Shown here in pieces: positions 1-9,754 of a stretch of DNA of 64,000 bases; within the stretch, counting starts at the first letter, position 1; every line of letters begins with the position of its first letter. The stretch spans positions 6,356 through 70,355 of the forward strand of contig JAGALD010000065.1 of NCBI GenBank assembly GCA_017625395.1, given 5' to 3'. The notes beneath the pieces are model-generated. The model saw only the letters and a program-made list of their open reading frames with translations, was not told the DNA's origin and ran no database searches. A program made the position numbers and the translations under genes. This DNA comes from Bacilli bacterium (GTDB lineage: Bacteria; Bacillota_I; Bacilli_A; RF39; UBA660).

Positions 1-348
1 TCCACCTACGATGTTTACTACTTGTGTACAAATTGGGTTATAGAAATATTTGTCATATCCTTCGATTAAGTCATAATCAACTCCCCAAGACACTAACATC
101 TCGAAGAAATGTCTTAATCCACCGAATAATGCATCAATTCCTTGTACAAGTACATCCCAGAATAACATAGTTACTGCACAAGCTCCGAATACTGCTAAAA
201 CTTTAATAGTTAAATCTTTAAGAGATTTACCTGCTTCACAGAATCCCCAAATAAATGCAGTTACGATTATTAGGTATTCCCAACCTGCAAACATAGCACC
301 GAATAATAATAATGCTAATAAGTTTTCATTAATCTTGAATTTTTTCAT
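1..348 (-). CDS. Hypothetical integral membrane protein, C-terminus cut by the window start
   Basis: ATG at 348..346 on the minus strand, preceded by AAGGAGGAGAGT (revcomp of 349-360). The N-terminal translation MKKFKINENLLALLLFGAMFAGWEYLIIV... is hydrophobic. The ORF runs off the window start. Confidence 0.5.
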   Translation of the reverse strand, partial: MKKFKINENLLALLLFGAMFAGWEYLIIVTAFIWGFCEAGKSLKDLTIKVLAVFGACAVTMLFWDVLVQGIDALFGGLRHFFEMLVSWGVDYDLIEGYDKYFYNPICTQVVNIVGG

Positions 349-423
349 ACTCTCCTCCTTTTACTTTATATTAGCACAGATAAAAAAAAAGAACAATATG
401 TCAAAAAAAAATTTAATTTTTTC

Positions 424-450
424 AAAAAAAAAGCTGTCAAATGACGGCTT
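424..450 (-). terminator. Rho-independent terminator after rpmE
   Basis: Hairpin AAGCTGTCA-aa-TGACGGCTT at 431-450 overlaps the rpmE stop. It is followed on the minus strand by a 7-nt U-tract (plus-strand A-run 424-430). Confidence 0.5.
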
Positions 451-670
451 AGTTTTCTTTATTTTCTTCTTGAGTAAATCCATACTTTCTGTTGAATTGA
501 TCAACTCTTCCTGTATGAGATTTTCTTGATTGTTTGTTAGTATAGAATGGATGGCATTTTGAACATACTTCAACATTAATAGTATCTTCTGTTGATCTTA
601 CTTCAAAAGTTTCTCCACATGCACAAACAACTTTAGCATTTTTGTATTCTGGATGTATTCCTGTTTTCAT
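449..670 (-). CDS. rpmE: 50S ribosomal protein L31
   Basis: 73-aa translation MKTGIHPEYKNAKVVCACGETFEVRSTEDTINVEVCSKCHPFYT is a textbook L31 N-terminus with its Cys cluster. GGAGGAGAGAG RBS upstream at 673-685 (revcomp). Confidence 0.9.
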   Translation of the reverse strand: MKTGIHPEYKNAKVVCACGETFEVRSTEDTINVEVCSKCHPFYTNKQSRKSHTGRVDQFNRKYGFTQEENKEN

Positions 671-718
671 ATTCTCTCTCCTCCCGCCATGATTATTTTA
701 ATCATAGTATTTTGCTAG

Positions 719-847
719 TTATTGACTATTTTTTAGGTGAAATCTTTTTAAGATTTTAGCAAGTTTTGCTGCTAAATATACTGTTAATGCACCTGGAACA
801 AATAAAATTGTTAATATTTCTATAGCAACAAAGCCCTTTTTATTCAT
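719..847 (-). CDS. Small hydrophobic protein (hypothetical)
   Basis: ATG at 847 with GAGGGTG RBS (revcomp of 853-859). The 42-aa product MNKKGFVAIEILTILFVPGALTVYLAAKLAKIL... is one TM helix. The ORF track's longer 60-aa start lacks an RBS. Confidence 0.35.
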   Translation of the reverse strand: MNKKGFVAIEILTILFVPGALTVYLAAKLAKILKRFHLKNSQ

Positions 848-901
848 AAAATCACCCTCAAACTGCATGTATAATATACACTTTATTATTCTTTTTGTCA
901 A

Positions 902-1648
902 CTAGTCAATTTCTTTTATTATTGCTTCTGCTATTTCTTTATAGCCTTGTGTTGTCGGATGAATATCAATTGGATTTGGTAAGTATTTATCACTACCATC
1001 AAATATGTCAAAAATATTTACGTATGTTATATCTAGTTCATCACATATTTCTTCATACAAGTTATTTGCGTATTTAATTAATTCATCTATTTCACTTTTT
1101 ACAGATTTAAGCGCTGGCAATGGATTATAATATGATACAAGAATAATTTGATTTTTAGCGTATTTTTTTATTTGTTTTAATAATTCTTTAACTTCAAGTC
1201 CAACAGCATCAATTTCTTTTTTTGATTCTTTTAAGTTAATTAGTTTGCTTGGTACATCTGTTATTTCAAGGCCTTTTATGAAATTATTAGCTCCAATTGA
1301 AATTGTTACTAAATCAGACTCTCTTAATGCTTGTCTAATATTTATTTTTTTCCCATTAACCTCTATTGTTTTATTATTATCTATATCATTTTTTACATTT
1401 TCTGTTGTATATCCTGATTTTGCAAATCCTTTTGTATAAAAAGTTAATCTTTCTTGTTCTTTTAAATAATCTTTAATGTAATCTGGATATCCATATACTA
1501 TTTCCCCATAGGAATTCATTCCTTCTGCTACAGAATCCCCTAATGCAATATAATATATCTTATTAGATTCTGGAATAAATATTTTATATATTGCAAATAC
1601 CGCTATTAGAGCTCCTAAAAATACAAACAACTTCAGATGCTTTTTCAT
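902..1648 (-). CDS. Secreted SGNH/GDSL-family hydrolase (lipase/acylesterase)
   Basis: N-terminal signal-like segment MKKHLKLFVFLGALIAVFAIY. GDS block IALGDSVAEG near the N-terminus is typical of SGNH hydrolases. 248 aa. Confidence 0.75.
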   Translation of the reverse strand: MKKHLKLFVFLGALIAVFAIYKIFIPESNKIYYIALGDSVAEGMNSYGEIVYGYPDYIKDYLKEQERLTFYTKGFAKSGYTTENVKNDIDNNKTIEVNGKKINIRQALRESDLVTISIGANNFIKGLEITDVPSKLINLKESKKEIDAVGLEVKELLKQIKKYAKNQIILVSYYNPLPALKSVKSEIDELIKYANNLYEEICDELDITYVNIFDIFDGSDKYLPNPIDIHPTTQGYKEIAEAIIKEID

Positions 1649-1671
1649 ATTATCACCTTACTTATAGTTTA

Positions 1672-2925
1672 TTATATTTCTTTTAATTCTATTTTAGCAC
1701 CTACATCTGTTAATTTATCGATAATACCTTCATATCCTCTTAATATATGTTCAACATTAGTAATTGTTGTCTTTCCATTTGCTATTAAGCCGGCAATCAC
1801 AAGTGATGCTCCTGCTCTTAAGTCTGTAGCTATTACTTCTGTTCCGTTTAGTTCTACAGGTCCTTCTATGTGGGCTATCATTCCATTTTTAGAATATCTC
1901 ATTCCCATCTTTTCTAGCTCTGGTAAATGCATAAATCTATTTTCAAATATTGTTTCTTCAACTTTTGAAGTTCCAATACATTTTGTTAATAAAACGGAGA
2001 ATGGTTGTTGTAAGTCTGTTGGGAAACCTGGATATACTAGTGTTTTTATATTAGTGCTTTTATAATTTATTTTTTTATTTATAATTAAATAATCTGCACC
2101 TATTTCTATATCTGCTCCCATTTCTTCAAGTTTTGAAGTTAATGCTTCGATATGTTCAGGAATTATATTATAAATTTTTAAATTTTCTCCTGTTAATGCT
2201 CCAATTATAGTATATGTACCAGCTTCAATTCTATCTGGTATTACTTCGTGGAAACACCCGTTTAATTTTTCTACCCCTGTTATTCTTATTTGAGAAGTAC
2301 CTGCCCCAGTTATTTTTGCACCCATGTTATTTAAGAATGTCGCAACATTTACTATTTCGGGTTCTTTTGCTGCATTTTCTATTACTGTTTTTCCTTTTGC
2401 CAAGACAGCTGCTAACATTATATTTATTGTTGCACCTACTGATGCTATATCCAAATAAATATCTGCTCCTTTTAATTCTTTTGCATCTACTATATATTTA
2501 TCATCTTCTGTTGTTATTGTTGCACCTAGTGCTTCAAATCCTTTTAAATGCAAGTTTATTGGTCTTGCACCTATAGAACATCCTCCTGGAAGTGACATTT
2601 CAACATGTTTAAATTTTCCTAGCATGGCTCCCATAAAGTAATACGATGCTCTTAATTTTTTTGAAAAATCCGCTTCTATAAACTTATTTTGAATAGTGCT
2701 TGGTGTTATAACAACACTTTCGCTGGCTCTTCTTACGTCAGCGCCAAGATACTCTAATATTTCACACAAAACATCAGTATCTGTGATTTCTGGAACATTG
2801 CAAATTGTAACATCTGTATCTGCTAATATTGAAGCTGGTAGTAGTGCAACTGAGCTATTTTTTGCACCACTTATTTTAATTGTTCCAGATAAATCATGTT
2901 TTCCTTCAATCTCTATAATTCTCAT
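1672..2925 (-). CDS. murA: UDP-N-acetylglucosamine 1-carboxyvinyltransferase
   Basis: 417 aa. MRIIEIEGKHDLSGTIKISGAKNSSVALLPASILA matches the MurA N-terminus (ISGAKNA-type motif). Length and overall pattern match the EPT family. Confidence 0.9.
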   Translation of the reverse strand: MRIIEIEGKHDLSGTIKISGAKNSSVALLPASILADTDVTICNVPEITDTDVLCEILEYLGADVRRASESVVITPSTIQNKFIEADFSKKLRASYYFMGAMLGKFKHVEMSLPGGCSIGARPINLHLKGFEALGATITTEDDKYIVDAKELKGADIYLDIASVGATINIMLAAVLAKGKTVIENAAKEPEIVNVATFLNNMGAKITGAGTSQIRITGVEKLNGCFHEVIPDRIEAGTYTIIGALTGENLKIYNIIPEHIEALTSKLEEMGADIEIGADYLIINKKINYKSTNIKTLVYPGFPTDLQQPFSVLLTKCIGTSKVEETIFENRFMHLPELEKMGMRYSKNGMIAHIEGPVELNGTEVIATDLRAGASLVIAGLIANGKTTITNVEHILRGYEGIIDKLTDVGAKIELKEI

Positions 2926-2971
2926 ATTTCTCCACCCTGTTATATTGTATTTCTTTTTTTAGTTTACGCTA

Positions 2972-3811
2972 CTATAGCCCAAAAAACATTTTGTTTTTGT
3001 CTTCAATTGCTTTTAGCATATTTGCTTTTCCGCCACCAATTACTTTTCTTGGATCATATTGTTCTGGACTGTTTTTTATGAATTCTACTACACCGTCATG
3101 CCAAGCAATTTGTAATTCTGTATTTATATTAATTTTGCTAATCCCACATGATATTGCTCTTTTGATATCAGCTTCTGGTATTCCTGTACCACCATGTAAT
3201 ACTAATGGGATTGGAAGTGCTTCATTAATTTTTTGCATTGTTTCAAAATCTAAATTTGGATCCCCCTTATATAGTCCGTGTACACTTCCTAGCGCTGGAG
3301 CTAAAGAATCAATTCCTGATTTTGATATTTCTAGACAGTCTTCTAGAGTAGCATTATTTGATGTTGCAGTTATGTTATCTTCTGTACCACCAATATGTCC
3401 TACTTCAGATTCAACTGTAACATTGAATTGATGTGCATAATCTACAACTTGCTTAGTAATCTCTAAATTTTGTTCAATTGGATATTTTGATGCATCAATC
3501 ATTACTGATGTAAAACCTGCATCAATAACTTTTTTACACATTTCAAAACTTTGACCGTGATCAAGATGTAGGCATACTGGAATAGTAATATTTAAATCTT
3601 TGATTAATCCTTTCACCATTGAAACAACGGTATTAGGCCCACCCATGTATTTTAGAGCACCTTCGCTAACTCCCAAAATAACTGGTAAGTTCATTTCTTG
3701 GCATTTTTCTAAAATATTTTTTGCCCATTCTAAATTATTGATATTAAATTGTGGTATTGCATATTTTTTCATCTTTGCATCCATTAACATCTCTCTACTG
3801 TTGACTAACAT
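2972..3811 (-). CDS. fba: Fructose-bisphosphate aldolase, class II
   Basis: 279 aa. Class II FBA motifs present: HLDHG, LVLHGGTGIP, ININTE. Confidence 0.9.
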   Translation of the reverse strand: MLVNSREMLMDAKMKKYAIPQFNINNLEWAKNILEKCQEMNLPVILGVSEGALKYMGGPNTVVSMVKGLIKDLNITIPVCLHLDHGQSFEMCKKVIDAGFTSVMIDASKYPIEQNLEITKQVVDYAHQFNVTVESEVGHIGGTEDNITATSNNATLEDCLEISKSGIDSLAPALGSVHGLYKGDPNLDFETMQKINEALPIPLVLHGGTGIPEADIKRAISCGISKININTELQIAWHDGVVEFIKNSPEQYDPRKVIGGGKANMLKAIEDKNKMFFGL

Positions 3812-3888
3812 ATTATCACCATACCTTTGATTTTATTTTAGCATATTAAAAAAGCTAGTCAATAGAAGTAGCTAAATGTGTACATATC

Positions 3889-4431
3889 TTAACATCCTTT
3901 TATTATATAATTTATAGATAATATAAGTAGTATAATCATCCCAATTATTTGTGCCTTATTACCAATTAAGTTTGTAAGTTTTTCTCCTGACTTTAGACCT
4001 AAATAGGTAAAAATAAAACTTATAACCATAAATATACTTGAAGAGGCTATATGATTATTTGATATTGCGTTTAAACCAATTCCTACGCTAAAACTATCTA
4101 AACTAACTGATAATGCAAATATCACAATGGATGTTAGTCCATTTATTGGTGTTACTTCTTCATCTTTAAAAAGTGAAAACATTATTTGAATTGATAAAGT
4201 TAAAAATACAATTCCTATTATTAATGAAACATCAAATTTTATTATTGTTAAAATATATTCACCAAGAAAGTTTCCTAATAATGGCATAAATAAATGAAAA
4301 ATTCCTACTGCAATACTTAATCTAAATATATTTTTATTATCAAGACCAATCATTCCATATGCCATTGACAATGAAAATGTATCCATACTTAAGCTTACCG
4401 CTACTAATAATACAGTTAAAAAGTTTGACAT
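3889..4431 (-). CDS. DUF204 family membrane protein (MntP manganese efflux pump / sporulation protein YtaF-like)
   Basis: Preferred start is ATG at 4431 with GGAGGG RBS (revcomp of 4432-4440). The 181-aa polytopic product begins MSNFLTVLLVAVSLSMDTFSLSMAYG, which has the DUF204 signature (acidic residue in TM1). Confidence 0.7.
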   Translation of the reverse strand: MSNFLTVLLVAVSLSMDTFSLSMAYGMIGLDNKNIFRLSIAVGIFHLFMPLLGNFLGEYILTIIKFDVSLIIGIVFLTLSIQIMFSLFKDEEVTPINGLTSIVIFALSVSLDSFSVGIGLNAISNNHIASSSIFMVISFIFTYLGLKSGEKLTNLIGNKAQIIGMIILLILSINYIIKGC

Positions 4432-4470
4432 ATTCCCTCCTAGATAATAATATGTCAAACGATCATTTTT

Positions 4471-4992
4471 TTATAAATATTTATTTATTATTTCACTTAT
4501 AAAACTTTGATATTCTATATCACTTTTATTTGTCTCATCAAACTCTAATGCACATAATGGTGGATATAATACACACCACCAATTATTTCCTTCACCATTT
4601 CCAATTGTTACAACAAGTGATTCATAATATCCTTCTTTATATATTACTCCTTTAAATTCTTTTTCAGGGAAATAATTTAATCCATAATCTACATCAAATT
4701 TATTATGATAGTTTTGCTTATTAAAATTTTTTTCTATTTCTATCTCTATGTCTTCTATGTTATTTATCAAAATTTTTCTTGCTTCGTCAATATTTGTTAT
4801 ATTTTTTAACAAGTTATATATTTTTTTCTCTATTTCATTTCTTAAATTTTCTTTTACTTCAAGGTCGTAACTACTGTTACTATTTGCTATTATTCTTACT
4901 CTTATTGCTTCGTTGGGAATTATTATTTTTTCATTATTATTGTTTATTATTAATGTCATAATTATTGCTAATATAATAGTTACTCTTTTCAT
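4471..4992 (-). CDS. spoIIR: Stage II sporulation protein R (SpoIIR-like)
   Basis: 173 aa with N-terminal signal/TM. IRVRIIANSNSSYDLEVKENLRNEI resembles the SpoIIR 'IRlHViANSDs' block. C-terminal WWCVLYPPLC matches the conserved SpoIIR 'WwcvlfPPlC' motif. Confidence 0.75.
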   Translation of the reverse strand: MKRVTIILAIIMTLIINNNNEKIIIPNEAIRVRIIANSNSSYDLEVKENLRNEIEKKIYNLLKNITNIDEARKILINNIEDIEIEIEKNFNKQNYHNKFDVDYGLNYFPEKEFKGVIYKEGYYESLVVTIGNGEGNNWWCVLYPPLCALEFDETNKSDIEYQSFISEIINKYL

Positions 4993-5066
4993 ATTATCAC
5001 CTGAGTAAATATTGTTTTTTTTATTTTATTTTTATACAAAAAAAAGAGAAATATATTGTAATTTCT

Positions 5067-5885
5067 CTATTTATTAGTTATAAAAATCATTCTATCTCTA
5101 TTAGACAAGTCTTTTTTGGATGTTATATCAATATTTTTTAAATAGTTATTTGCTATTTCTATTATGTCGTCTTTTTGAGTTGCCCCAATTTCGAAAGCAA
5201 TTAAAAAGTTATCATTCAAGTAATTTGAAATATCTTTTAATATTCTTTCGTAATAATCCAATCCTTTTTCTCCACCATATAAGGCTAGATGTGGTTCGTT
5301 GTTTTTTACCATTTCGTCTATTTCTTCATCTTCTGCAATGTATGGAGGATTACTTATTATGACATCAAACTTGTTATTAATATTTTGAAATAAATCACTT
5401 TCAATTATCTCAACATCTAAATTTAATTTGTTACTATTTTCTTTTGCTACTAAAAGTGCATCTTTACTAATATCTGATAATGTAACTTTAGACTCATGTA
5501 GTTTATTTTTTATCGTTAAGCCGATTGCTCCACTACCGCAACATAAATCAAGTACATTTACATTACTATTAAATTTTTGATTAATAATTTTTAATGTATT
5601 TTCTACAAGTTCTTCTGTTTCAAATCTTGGTATTAAAACTGATTCGTTTACGATTAATTCTAAACCATAAAATTCAGTAGTTCCCACAATATATTGGGTT
5701 GGTTTATTATTTAGTCTTGCATCAATTAACTTCTTATACATATCTATTTTTTCATCTGATACGATTTCATCTAAATGATTTAATAAATTTAATTGATCAT
5801 ATCCCGTTACGCTTGCAAGTAGCATTTTTGCTTCTATTGAATGAATATATTTTTTTCCATATATTATTAATTCTTCAATAGTCAT
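5067..5885 (-). CDS. prmC: Release factor glutamine N5-methyltransferase
   Basis: 272 aa. NPPY motif (IISNPPYI) and SAM-binding VLDLCCGSGAIG. Sits immediately downstream of prfA, as in most bacteria. Confidence 0.85.
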   Translation of the reverse strand: MTIEELIIYGKKYIHSIEAKMLLASVTGYDQLNLLNHLDEIVSDEKIDMYKKLIDARLNNKPTQYIVGTTEFYGLELIVNESVLIPRFETEELVENTLKIINQKFNSNVNVLDLCCGSGAIGLTIKNKLHESKVTLSDISKDALLVAKENSNKLNLDVEIIESDLFQNINNKFDVIISNPPYIAEDEEIDEMVKNNEPHLALYGGEKGLDYYERILKDISNYLNDNFLIAFEIGATQKDDIIEIANNYLKNIDITSKKDLSNRDRMIFITNK

Positions 5886-5886
5886 A

Positions 5887-6942
5887 TTATTCTCCAGTTA
5901 GTTTTCTTCTTTGGTCTTCTGTAATTAAAGCATCTATTACTTGGTAGATATCTCCTTCCATAACGCGATCTAGTTGCATTAATGTAAATCCGATTCTATG
6001 GTCTGTTACTCTATTTTGTGGATAGTTATATGTTCTTATTTTTTCAGATCTATCTCCTGTACCGATTTTACTTTTTCTTTCGGCACCTTCTTTTGCTTCT
6101 TTTTCTTCTAATTTTAAGTTATATAATCTTGTTTTAAGTGTTCTAAGTGCCATTTCTTTGTTTTGAATTTGGCTTCTTCCAACTTGACAATATACCATTA
6201 ATCCAGTAGGTATATGTGTTGCTCTTACTGCAGAGTCTGTTGTATTTACACCTTGTCCTCCAGATCCACTTGATCTTGTAATATCAATTCTTACTTCTGA
6301 CATATCTAATTCAAAATCTAATTCTTCTGCTTCTGGCATTACTAAAACTGTAGCAGTTGATGTATGTACTCTTCCTTGTGTTTCTGTAACTGGTACTCTT
6401 TGTACTCTATGAGCACCACTTTCATATTTCATTTTTGAGTAAACATTCTTTCCTTTAACCATGAAGCTTACAAGTGTGAACCCCCCACCTTCAGAATATT
6501 CTTCACTTATTACTTCAACTTTCCATCCTTCTTTTTCAGCATATTTTAGGTACATTCTATAAAGATCTCCTGCAAAGATATTAGCTTCGTCTCCTCCTGC
6601 TGCACCTCTAATTTCTACAACAACGTTTTTACCGTCATTAGGATCTTTAGGTATTAGAAGAATTTCAAGTTCTTTTATTGTTGCTTCTTTTTCTTGTTCT
6701 AAGGTTTCTAATTCTTCTTTAGCAAAATCACCCATTTCAGGATCTTTTGCCATTTCTTTTGCTGCTTCGATATCTGCTTCTAGTTTTTGATACTTGTCAT
6801 AGCAAGTTACAATTTCTCCTAATTCACTAGATTCTTTTGATAATTCTTTTGTCTTTTTTACGTCTTTTAAAACTTCTGGATCTAATAATTGTTCATTTAA
6901 TTCATTATATCTTTCTTTTATAATATTTAATCTTTCTATCAT
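5887..6942 (-). CDS. prfA: Peptide chain release factor 1
   Basis: 351 aa. GGQ motif in RSSGSGGQGVNTTDSAVR, plus the RF1-type PxT-region pattern. Confidence 0.92.
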   Translation of the reverse strand: MIERLNIIKERYNELNEQLLDPEVLKDVKKTKELSKESSELGEIVTCYDKYQKLEADIEAAKEMAKDPEMGDFAKEELETLEQEKEATIKELEILLIPKDPNDGKNVVVEIRGAAGGDEANIFAGDLYRMYLKYAEKEGWKVEVISEEYSEGGGFTLVSFMVKGKNVYSKMKYESGAHRVQRVPVTETQGRVHTSTATVLVMPEAEELDFELDMSEVRIDITRSSGSGGQGVNTTDSAVRATHIPTGLMVYCQVGRSQIQNKEMALRTLKTRLYNLKLEEKEAKEGAERKSKIGTGDRSEKIRTYNYPQNRVTDHRIGFTLMQLDRVMEGDIYQVIDALITEDQRRKLTGE

Positions 6943-7005
6943 AATTTCATCCCCAATAACTGTATTATATCATAGATAACCTTTTTTTAAAAAAAGAGAC
7001 TAAAA

Positions 7006-7449
7006 TTATTCTTCTAATTCTAGTTCTTCTTCATCTAAAACAACTAAATCTTTTAAGTCGTCGTCTCCATCATCAAAATCGTCATCATCTGATACTGTAC
7101 TATCATAATCATCAGTCATATCTTCTTCTTGTTCTTCTTTTACTTCTAATTCCTCTTCTTCATCTTCATCATCTTGATCAGTAGGAATAATCACTTTATC
7201 TGATGTATGTCTATTTCTTAAATCCCACTTTCCATCTTCCAAAAGTAAAAATCTTTTATCTGTTGTAAGTGTTGTATAGTAATCTCCAATCTTTTTTTCA
7301 AAAGCTGAAGATGGTAATTCTAGTAATGTTGTTATCTTTTTGAATAGGTCTGCAGTATTCATTGCACCTTTTTCTTCTAATAACATATTTGTTATATCTT
7401 TATATGATAATAATTCTAAATCCTCTTTTTTTAACTTGTCTATACTCAT
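7006..7449 (-). CDS. rpoE: DNA-directed RNA polymerase delta subunit
   Basis: 147 aa. N-terminal HARE-HTH-like region (LSYKDITNMLLEEKGAMNTADLFKKI) and a long poly-Asp/Glu C-terminal tail, as in Firmicute RpoE. GGGAGG RBS. Confidence 0.8.
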   Translation of the reverse strand: MSIDKLKKEDLELLSYKDITNMLLEEKGAMNTADLFKKITTLLELPSSAFEKKIGDYYTTLTTDKRFLLLEDGKWDLRNRHTSDKVIIPTDQDDEDEEEELEVKEEQEEDMTDDYDSTVSDDDDFDDGDDDLKDLVVLDEEELELEE

Positions 7450-7562
7450 AAAATCCTCCCATAAAGAGCTGTCTTTTTTTGTTCTTTTTTTGTATTTTTG
7501 TTCTAGTCAAAAATACCCAATAACTTTTATATCATCATTTATATTTAAAATCAATATATTTA

Positions 7563-9317
7563 TTACATTTTTTCAGGGCATTTTATTCCCATTAAATCTA
7601 ATAATAACATATTAGTATCATATATTGTCTTAGATAATACTAACCAAGATTCTCTTAATTCATTATCTTCTTCAATAATTATCTTGTTTTCTGAATAAAA
7701 TTTATTATAGATACTAGTTAATTTATAAATATATTCTGCTACTTCATTCAATGATTTTGATTCATATGCTCTAGTTATTACAGAAGGCATATTTAATAGT
7801 GTAATTATTACATCTCTTTCTGTTTTCCCTTTTAGTTTAGTATAGTTTTCGTATTTTATACCTTCCATTTCAGCTTTTTTCAAAAGTGATTTTATTCTTA
7901 TTGTCGAATAAAGTAGATATGGTCCAGTTTTTCCGTCAAGATCACTAAATTTTGCTGGATCAAATATATAGTCAGTAGCTCTATATGGTAACAAGTCTGC
8001 ATATTTTAGTGCTGCAATTGCAATTTCTTCTGAAAGTTTTTCTTTATTTTCTTTTTCTACTATATTGTCGTTAATTCTTTTGTAGCATTCGTCTTTTATT
8101 ATTTCGATTAATTCATCAAGACTCATAACTCCACCAGATCTTGTTTTAAATGGTTTTCCATCTGGTCCATTCATTGTACCAAATCCAAAGAAACCAAGTT
8201 TTACATTTTCTGATATTTTTGATTTGGTTGCTGCTCTAAATACTTGTTCAAAGTGCAATTCTTGTCTTAAATCGGTTGTATACCAGATTTCGTCTGGATT
8301 GAATCTTTTTATTCTTGAATATATTGTTGCAAGATCTGTTGTTGCATAAAGATATGCGCCGTCGCTTTTTTGAAGAATTATTGGTGGAATTTCTTTATCG
8401 TCAGTTTCTTCTTTAACATCCATAACTGTTGCACCTTCGCTTATGTATGTTAAACCTTTTGAATTTAAATATTCCATCATTTCTGGAATATATTTGAAAC
8501 TATCGCGTTCTCCTTCCCAAAGTTCAAAACTAGTATTTAATTTATCATATGTCTTTTTTATTCCTTTTATTGATAATGCTGATACTTTATCCCAAAGTTT
8601 GCTATATCCTAAATGATTTTTTTGAATTTGGAAAGTTATTTGTCTTGCGTTTTCTAATAATGTTTCGTCTTCTTTTGTTTTTCTTGACCCTGTTGGATAT
8701 ATCTCTTTTAAGTCTTCTTCTGTTATTGGAAGTTCAAAATCACTTCCATCGTAATCTTCTTTAAAACATGGTAAATCTGGAAATCTTTCTTTCATTTCTT
8801 GTACAACAATACCTGCTTGTAGGCCTGAATCTCCTAAATGAACGTCTCCTATTGTTTCATGGCCCAGTAAGTTTGCTAATCTTTTTAGGGCTTCTCCAAT
8901 GTTAGGGCTTCTTAAATGTCCTACGTGAAGAGCTTTCGCAACATTTGCTCCACCATAATCAATCATAATTTTCTTACTTTGTTGCTTGTCAACGTTTTTT
9001 GTTATATCATTTTTTATTTCATTAATATAATCAATTAAAAACTTATCACTAAGACTTATGTTAATAAAACCTGCTCCTGCAATATTTAAATTAGTAAAAA
9101 TGTCATGTTCCTTCATTTTTTCTAAGATTTCATTAGCAATGACAACTGGACTTTTATGATATTCCTTCGCTAGTTTCATTGCATCATTAACTTGATATTC
9201 CCCTAAATCTGGTCTATTTGATTGGCATAATGCTACTTCAACATCATATCCGGCATCTTTTACTATACTTGTTAATTTTTCTTCTAATTCCTTAAATTTA
9301 CTCATAAGTACCTCCAC
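7563..9317 (-). CDS. argS: Arginine--tRNA ligase
   Basis: 584 aa. Class I HIGH-type motif HVGHLRS, and the ArgS anticodon-binding C-terminus ending in ...KM. Confidence 0.9.
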   Translation of the reverse strand: MEVLMSKFKELEEKLTSIVKDAGYDVEVALCQSNRPDLGEYQVNDAMKLAKEYHKSPVVIANEILEKMKEHDIFTNLNIAGAGFINISLSDKFLIDYINEIKNDITKNVDKQQSKKIMIDYGGANVAKALHVGHLRSPNIGEALKRLANLLGHETIGDVHLGDSGLQAGIVVQEMKERFPDLPCFKEDYDGSDFELPITEEDLKEIYPTGSRKTKEDETLLENARQITFQIQKNHLGYSKLWDKVSALSIKGIKKTYDKLNTSFELWEGERDSFKYIPEMMEYLNSKGLTYISEGATVMDVKEETDDKEIPPIILQKSDGAYLYATTDLATIYSRIKRFNPDEIWYTTDLRQELHFEQVFRAATKSKISENVKLGFFGFGTMNGPDGKPFKTRSGGVMSLDELIEIIKDECYKRINDNIVEKENKEKLSEEIAIAALKYADLLPYRATDYIFDPAKFSDLDGKTGPYLLYSTIRIKSLLKKAEMEGIKYENYTKLKGKTERDVIITLLNMPSVITRAYESKSLNEVAEYIYKLTSIYNKFYSENKIIIEEDNELRESWLVLSKTIYDTNMLLLDLMGIKCPEKM

Positions 9318-9649
9318 TAATATTCAATCTTAATACTTAATTTTATTTCATTATTATCTATCTTATAAGTTGATTCGAATAAATTCTTTTCTTTTTTTAT
9401 ATTTATTACTTTTATACTTGAATTTATTTCTATATTACCTAATTTAATTTTCATTGTGTTATTATTGAAATCTATTTTAATTAGTTTTTCTTTATCTTTT
9501 TTGATTAAAAGATTCCGCACCATATCAACTAAAACATTTGAATCTTCATCCTTATATCTTATTACTTCATTTTCAATTGTTGCTATTCCTTCATAGAAAT
9601 ATGGATTTTCTTTATTATTTAGTTCAAAAATTATTTTAATTTCTTTCAT
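9317..9649 (-). CDS. DUF1934 family protein (conserved argS upstream partner)
   Basis: 110-aa ORF translationally coupled to argS (start/stop overlap at 9317). Small beta-rich protein in the syntenic position of DUF1934 in Firmicutes. Confidence 0.55.
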   Translation of the reverse strand: MKEIKIIFELNNKENPYFYEGIATIENEVIRYKDEDSNVLVDMVRNLLIKKDKEKLIKIDFNNNTMKIKLGNIEINSSIKVINIKKEKNLFESTYKIDNNEIKLSIKIEY

Positions 9650-9754
9650 AATATCACCAATAAAATTTATAACACGAATTATAACACACTTATTTTAAAT
9701 TTAATACATATTTTTTTATTATTTCTTCATACTAAAACTAGATTGGAGACTAGT

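Noticed and set aside
335-576. Overlapping 64-aa (+) and 71-aa (-) ORFs across the rpmE terminator region
   Set aside because: Both overlap the clearly conserved rpmE coding sequence or its terminator in other frames. They have poly-Lys/Phe low-complexity translations and no RBS.
2214-2576. 120-aa Leu-rich plus-strand ORF
   Set aside because: It lies entirely antisense within the well-supported murA gene. Its low-complexity Leu/Phe composition is typical of the reverse frame of an AT-rich gene.
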